From Rhizaria sp. SCN 62-66 (Eukaryota), in the NCBI GenBank assembly GCA_001724265.1, contig MEDY01000179.1, forward strand, positions 1 to 58,705: a DNA stretch of 58,705 nt, written 5' to 3'. Each line of letters begins with the position of its first letter. Positions within the stretch are counted from its first letter, which is position 1. This document shows, piece by piece, positions 53,591-58,705 of the stretch. The notes below the pieces were generated by a model. That model was not told the DNA's origin. It saw nothing but the letters and a program-made list of their open reading frames with translations, and made no database searches. Made by a program: the position numbers and the translations under genes.

Positions 53591-56500
53591 TTACTTGCGG
53601 ATGCGGACGCGGATGGGCGGGATCTCAATCTCGTTGTCGTCCTCGTCTGTCACGGAGGCATCGAGGATGAGATACTTGGCGTCCTCGGCCAGCGGTGCCT
53701 TGTTGAACTGCTCCGCGAGCTTCGACAGCGGCACCGGCAGGCGTTCCTGGATGTTCTTCTTGAGACCCACTCCGAAGTCGACGTAGACCATGGCCTCGCC
53801 GAGGTTAAGCATCGACACGACGACGCCGAAGCGCGCGCGAAGCCACTCGACAAGCTCGCCGAGCGTGATGTCGCGCCCGCCGTCGACCTCGACGTCGACC
53901 ACGTCCCACAGCGACCACTTCCACTGCTCGCCCGACGGGAACACGGCCGTCTGCGACGCCATCGGGAAGGGCTCCGAGGCCACCAGCACGTTGTCGGCCA
54001 GGTTGCAGAAGGTCGAGCGGTAGCTCTCCAGCGGCTTGCGCTGCAGCAGCTTAAACATCTCGAGGCACACGAGTCCGGTCACGAGCGCAGTCGTGGTCGC
54101 GATGGCCGGGATGATCTTGCCCGCCACAAACTTGGTCTCGTGCGCGCTCGCCTCCTTGATATTGTAGTTGCGCGCGCGCAGGTTGGAGCAGGCCGTGATG
54201 AAGGCCACATGGTGGTTCGTGTCGTCGTCCTTCTCGAACTCGACTGCGTTGAGCCGGAAGCCCGCGAGCGTGGCCGGCGCGGGCAGCTCCGCGGCCAGCG
54301 CGCGCACTTGCGAGTCGAAGTCAAGCCCCGCGGCGCCCGCGGCGGCGGCCGAGGCGGCGCGCGCGGCGAGCTCCTTGGCCTCGGCGTCGGTGGTGGCGAT
54401 CTTGAGGTCGCGCGGCACGAAGGGAGTGGGTACGAAGCTCGCCAGCGCGGCGCGAGCGCGCACGGGGTCGTCGTGCCCGTGCAGCTTGTAGTTGAACGCG
54501 CGCAGGTTAGCCGCGGCGAGCACGAAGCCCATGTGCGTCTCGTCGCTGGCGTCGAAGACGAGCGGCAGCGGCGGGCGCTTGGTGCCGGACCAGAAGGGCG
54601 CGCCCTCGGTGGTGCGCGCGTCAGGCGGGTGCGTCGCCAGCAGCTGCGCGATGTTGTGCTCGAACTCGCTCTCGAAGCGCCAGCGCGCCCACAGCAGGCA
54701 GTCCTCGAAGGTCAGCGGGCGGCGCGTCACGAGCGACTCGACGACGCGCTGCAGCGTCGGCAGTGCCGTGTTGGGCTCCTTGAGCAGCGCCTCGACATAG
54801 CGCGGCGTCGACAGGTAGCTATTGACGTCGGCGGGCGCCTGCGCGAAGTCGCCCTCGAAGACGTCGCGCGCCCACTGGATCGTGTGCTCGATCTTGTGCG
54901 GGAAGTGCTTGAGCGTGCACAGAGGGATACCCTCCTCGGGCGGGTCGCGCGTCGAGCCATAGGATTCGCTCTGAAACGGTACCACGACCTGCGTGTTGCC
55001 CTTGGTGCCCTGCGTGCCCGAGTCCACCAGCGGCTTCTGGTACTGCACGCAGCGCCCGTCGACGTAGAGCCGCGCCTCGACGTTGTCCAGCGCCGTGTAC
55101 ACGCCTGACAGCGCGCGCCAGAAGTCGTCATTGTAGGTCGCCTCGCTCTCGCGGCCCACGCGCAGCGCCTGCGCAGTGATGGCCAGCGCCGGGTTCATCG
55201 CCAGAGCCGCGCGCGCGGCCGCGGCGGACTTGAGCTGCCCCACGTCGGTGGCGCGGAAGAGGAACTGCCGGTTCAGGTTGGACTTCTCGATGCTGTCCAT
55301 GTCCGTGACCGTGATGGAGCCGCCCGCGGCGGCCTGCCCGACGCCCATGAGGGCCCAGTTCTTGAGCATCTCGCAGCCGATGGCGCCCGCGCCGACCAGG
55401 AACACGCGCTGCGCCGCCGCGCGCGCGGTCAGCGTCGCGCCAAACACAGCGCGGTACGCGTCGTAGCGGTCGCCGCGCGGCGCGAAGGCGGCCCAGGGCG
55501 CGGCGGCGCCAGTCGCGGCGGCGTTAGCGGGCACGACGAAGCCGGCCTCGGAGGTGGCGGCCGCGACGGCGGGCCCGCACACGTCGGCCTCGGCGGCCTT
55601 GGCGGCGTCGGCGGCGTCGCTGTCGGTCGCGGCCGCGGCGGCAAAGGTGCCCGGCACGGCCGCGGGCAGCGCCTCGGCGTCGCGGTAGTAGAACCACTGC
55701 GCGATGGGCAGGAACTTGCCCGAGGCGGCCTTAACGACCTCCTGGCCGACGACGCCGCCCGCGACAGAGGTCACGGGCGCGATCTGCGCGCCGCTGCAGC
55801 GCGCCAGAGCCAGCAGGCGCGCGCGCAGGGCGGCGTCCTCGGCTGCGGGGGCCGCCAGGTCCTTGCCCAGCGCCGCCAGCGCGGTCGAGGCCACGGCCAC
55901 GGCGTCGGCGACCGAGTCGGGCGCGGGCAGCGCATTGCGGGCGGCCGCGGGTGCCGCGGAACCGTTGGCGCCGTTGGCAGCGGCGCAGGCAAAGGCGGAG
56001 AGCGCGGCGTAGAGCGCGTGGGTCTCCTGCGCGGCGCCGGTGAAGTCGTCGTTGGCGAAACAGGGCGCGGCGAGCGACTCAGCCAGCGGGAGCGAGGAGA
56101 CAGTGAAGGGCGTCTTTACCTGGTTGAAGTAGCCGCGCACGCCCGAGAAGGCGCCAAATGCCGTGGTATCAACGTCGATGGCGAAGGAGTAGGGCGAGAG
56201 CACACGCACGGTGGCGGGGCGCGAGAGCGCGCAGAGCTCGGGCATGCCCTCGACCTCCTCGAAGGTCACGCTCATGCCGTCCGAGAGCCCGTGGCGATGC
56301 TCGTCCGACACCGTCACCACGGCTGGGGACGCGTTGGACACGTGCGCAAGCAGCCCGCGGAAGGCGGGGTTGCCGTCGGGGTCCGAGACCACGTGCGCAG
56401 GCCCCACGTCGACGAAGACGCCAAAGGTCACGCCAGCCGAGGCGGCGCAGATGAACTTGGCGCCCGCCGCGCGCGCGAGCCCGGCCACGCGGAGCTGCTC

Positions 56501-57061
56501 GGGGCGCGCAAACTCGTCCAGCAGCACAACCACGGAGTACTTGGAGACGAGCTCGGCCGTGACGGCCGCGCCCGCGCCGGGCACGACGTGGACCTTGACG
56601 TAGGGGTTGAGTGTGGCGAGCTGCGGCAGCGAAGCCTCGGCCAGCGAGGTGCCCGCAGCGATGTGCTCGTCAGTCACGTAGAACTGCGCGCCGCGGTCCG
56701 ACTCCAGCGCGGGCGAGGCGTCGAGCAGGCCCACGGAGCGGACACCGGCCAGGACGACGTTCTTGGCTAAACAGGGGGAATAAAAATGGATCGGATGAAC
56801 GGAGAGTCCGGGTCGGCTGATGTTAGACGGGAGATAGCTAGAGGGATATGGACTGTGATAAAGATCTAAAGATTAAAATAGATAGAATTCAGATGTTTGC
56901 GTATTGCAGTAGTGAAGATATGACGTACCGACTTCGACACCAAGGCCACGAAGACCGATGATAAGAACATCTGCCGACCCAAGCTTAGCCTGGGCCTCAT
57001 GTCCATAGACATAAAGCTGACGCGAGTAAAGCGCGTCGTCAACAACAGGTGTCTCAGACAT
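53591..57061 (-). CDS. UBA1: Ubiquitin-activating enzyme E1, 1102 aa; exons 57061-56929, 56766-53591
   Basis: DDALYSRQLYVYG, GLRGLGVEV|AKNVVLAGV, FLVGAGAIGCEMLKN, DMDSIEKSNLNRQFLFR, catalytic IPLCTLKHFP, FEKDDDTN, AGKIIPAIATTTA. Intron 56928-56767 (GTACGT...TTTAG); TAA stop. Confidence 0.97.
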
Positions 57062-57477
57062 TTGCACAAACGGCACAAGGCTTTCTTCCTGTCACAGAGC
57101 GAATCGGAATAACGAACACGGCCGGTCTCAAATCTGTCCCCCAATTTGCCCTTCGTTCTGGAACCCGCCCTTCGGTCGGAGACCGGGCCGAAAGCAGTTG
57201 GTGGTGGAAGTGTGCTAAATGTGACTAAACATAGAATCTCTTGTTCATGATGTTAAGCAGTAATGACTAAACTCTGGAAAAACGTCAAGATTGCATTAAT
57301 TTATGTAAAATCGCGCAAAAATATAATATTAACCTCCAACACTTCAACCTACCCGCACAAAACAAGGACCCTCATAACCTATGTTACGAGAGAGCTTAAC
57401 AAGCCTTGTGTACGTGTCAGCTTGCTCGCCTCTCGCCTCGTCATGACCATGCCTCACGCACTCTCCCAACCGCGCCG

Positions 57478-58705
57478 TCAGTCGCTGGGCAAGGAGCTGG
57501 CGCCAGCGGCGACGTCGGGGCTGGGGCTGAGCCGCTCTGCGCCGTGGAGCATCTTGCCCTCGAGCATCACCAGCGAGGACCCCGCGCCCGAGGACACGAA
57601 CGTCACCTGCTCCGCTGCGGGCCGCCGCCCCACAACGAAGAGCCGCGCCGCGGTGGCCGCGTCGCCGCCCGCGATGACGGTGAGCGCGCCGCGCTTGGTG
57701 GCGGCGACCATGTCGGCCAGGACCGAGACGGTGCCCGCGGAGAAGGGCCCCCACTCGAAGCAGCCCACCGTGCCGACCATAAGCACCGTGCGCGCGCGCG
57801 CCAGCACGGCCGAGAAACGCGTCCGCGACGCGGGCCCCACGTCCAGCGGCAGCCACGCGTCGAGCGGCACGCCGTCCGCGTCCCCGTCCTCAGCGCCGAC
57901 GCCGCCAGCAGCGTTGGCGGCGGCAGCAGCGTTGGCAGCAGCAGTGGCGCCGCTGCCGCGCGCGCGGCGCATGAGGGCCTCCGCGGCGGCCTCGGCGGCG
58001 TCGGCGTCAGTGGCCACGCCGACGGGCGCGTCGGGGTCCAGGCTCTCGGCGATGGCGTGGTCCGACGGCACGTGGATGCGCGTGCCGCGCGCGCGCGCCA
58101 GCGCCACGAGCCGCTCGACGTCGCGCACAGCGTCGATGTCGATGAGGTTCGCGCCCAGCGAGAGCGCGCCCTCCAGCACGACCTTGAATGTGAAGGCCAT
58201 GCCGCCAGTCACCACCAGGTCGTCCGCCATCTCGATCAGACGCTCCAGGACCTGCGAGATATGACAGCAGAAAGCACACAAGAGAAGATAAAAGGCGAGG
58301 GAAACATGGGTGAGTGAGGAGTGAGTTGTGGTTTAGAAAAATGAAGAAAAAAAATATTTCGACTGAATGCAGGAAGATATCTCAGAATGTGTGTGAATAA
58401 ACAAAAATCGAAGCTCCATGAATCATATTCAGTCCTGCGTTGTTTGGCTTTGCTATGACGCACCTGGATCTTGTCGGTGACCTTCATGGCGGAGCCGACG
58501 ACGACCGCGACGGGGCCGCGGGGGCCCACGCGCGACTGCAACGCGGCCACGACGGCGGGCGCGCCCCGCTCCGCCGCGGCCGCGGTCACCGCGGCGGCCA
58601 CCGTCGCGCAGTCTGGCTCGCTGACCGAGACTGCGCCGCCGGAGGGGCCGCGCGGGGAGGCCGCGGCGGCCAGCGCGGCGGCCGCGGCGTCGGCGGGCGC
58701 GCCCG
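57478..58705 (-). CDS. PGK: Divergent phosphoglycerate kinase-like protein, 5' partial; exons >58705-58464, 58251-57478
   Basis: VVVGSAMKVTDKIQ|VL...GGMAFTF, LDVGP, GCFEWGPFSAGT, IAGGDAA, VSSGAGSSLVMLEGK follow the PGK C-domain motif order. Intron 58463-58252 (GTGCGT...GCAG); TGA stop. Confidence 0.85.

Noticed and set aside
1870-57290. TGACGT/ACGTCA (CRE-like) words in several intergenic regions
   Set aside because: Count is near chance expectation for a 6-mer and spacing to start codons is inconsistent.

Overview
Gene-dense eukaryotic (protist-like) nuclear DNA with very GC-rich, Ala/Gly/Ser-inflated exons and short AT-rich GT-AG introns (about 110-330 nt). Recognisable genes: RPS15 (3' end), Rab geranylgeranyltransferase beta, RPS16 (with a local lesion), U1 snRNP C, a FYVE-ankyrin protein, MLH1, a CaaX-bearing cytochrome b5-domain protein, exocyst Sec6/EXOC3, UBA1 and a divergent PGK (3' part). 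Uncharacterised genes: a ~2000-aa type I membrane protein with 7 Cys-bracketed repeats, a 4604-aa intronless putative mitochondrial PPR-like protein, a ~1665-aa low-complexity protein and a secreted acidic protein. There is also a Tc1/mariner remnant. The strongest signal is that three otherwise intact genes each carry one in-frame TAG (MLH1 41853-41855, Sec6 50178-50180, hypothetical gene 34569-34571), while all 14 gene ends I can read are TAA or TGA. This suggests a non-standard nuclear code or readthrough system in which UAG is a sense codon (probably Gln). All 15 readable intron donors have C at +4 (mostly GTRCG), alongside a divergent U1C. All calls are from manual reading and remembered family motifs; no searches were run.
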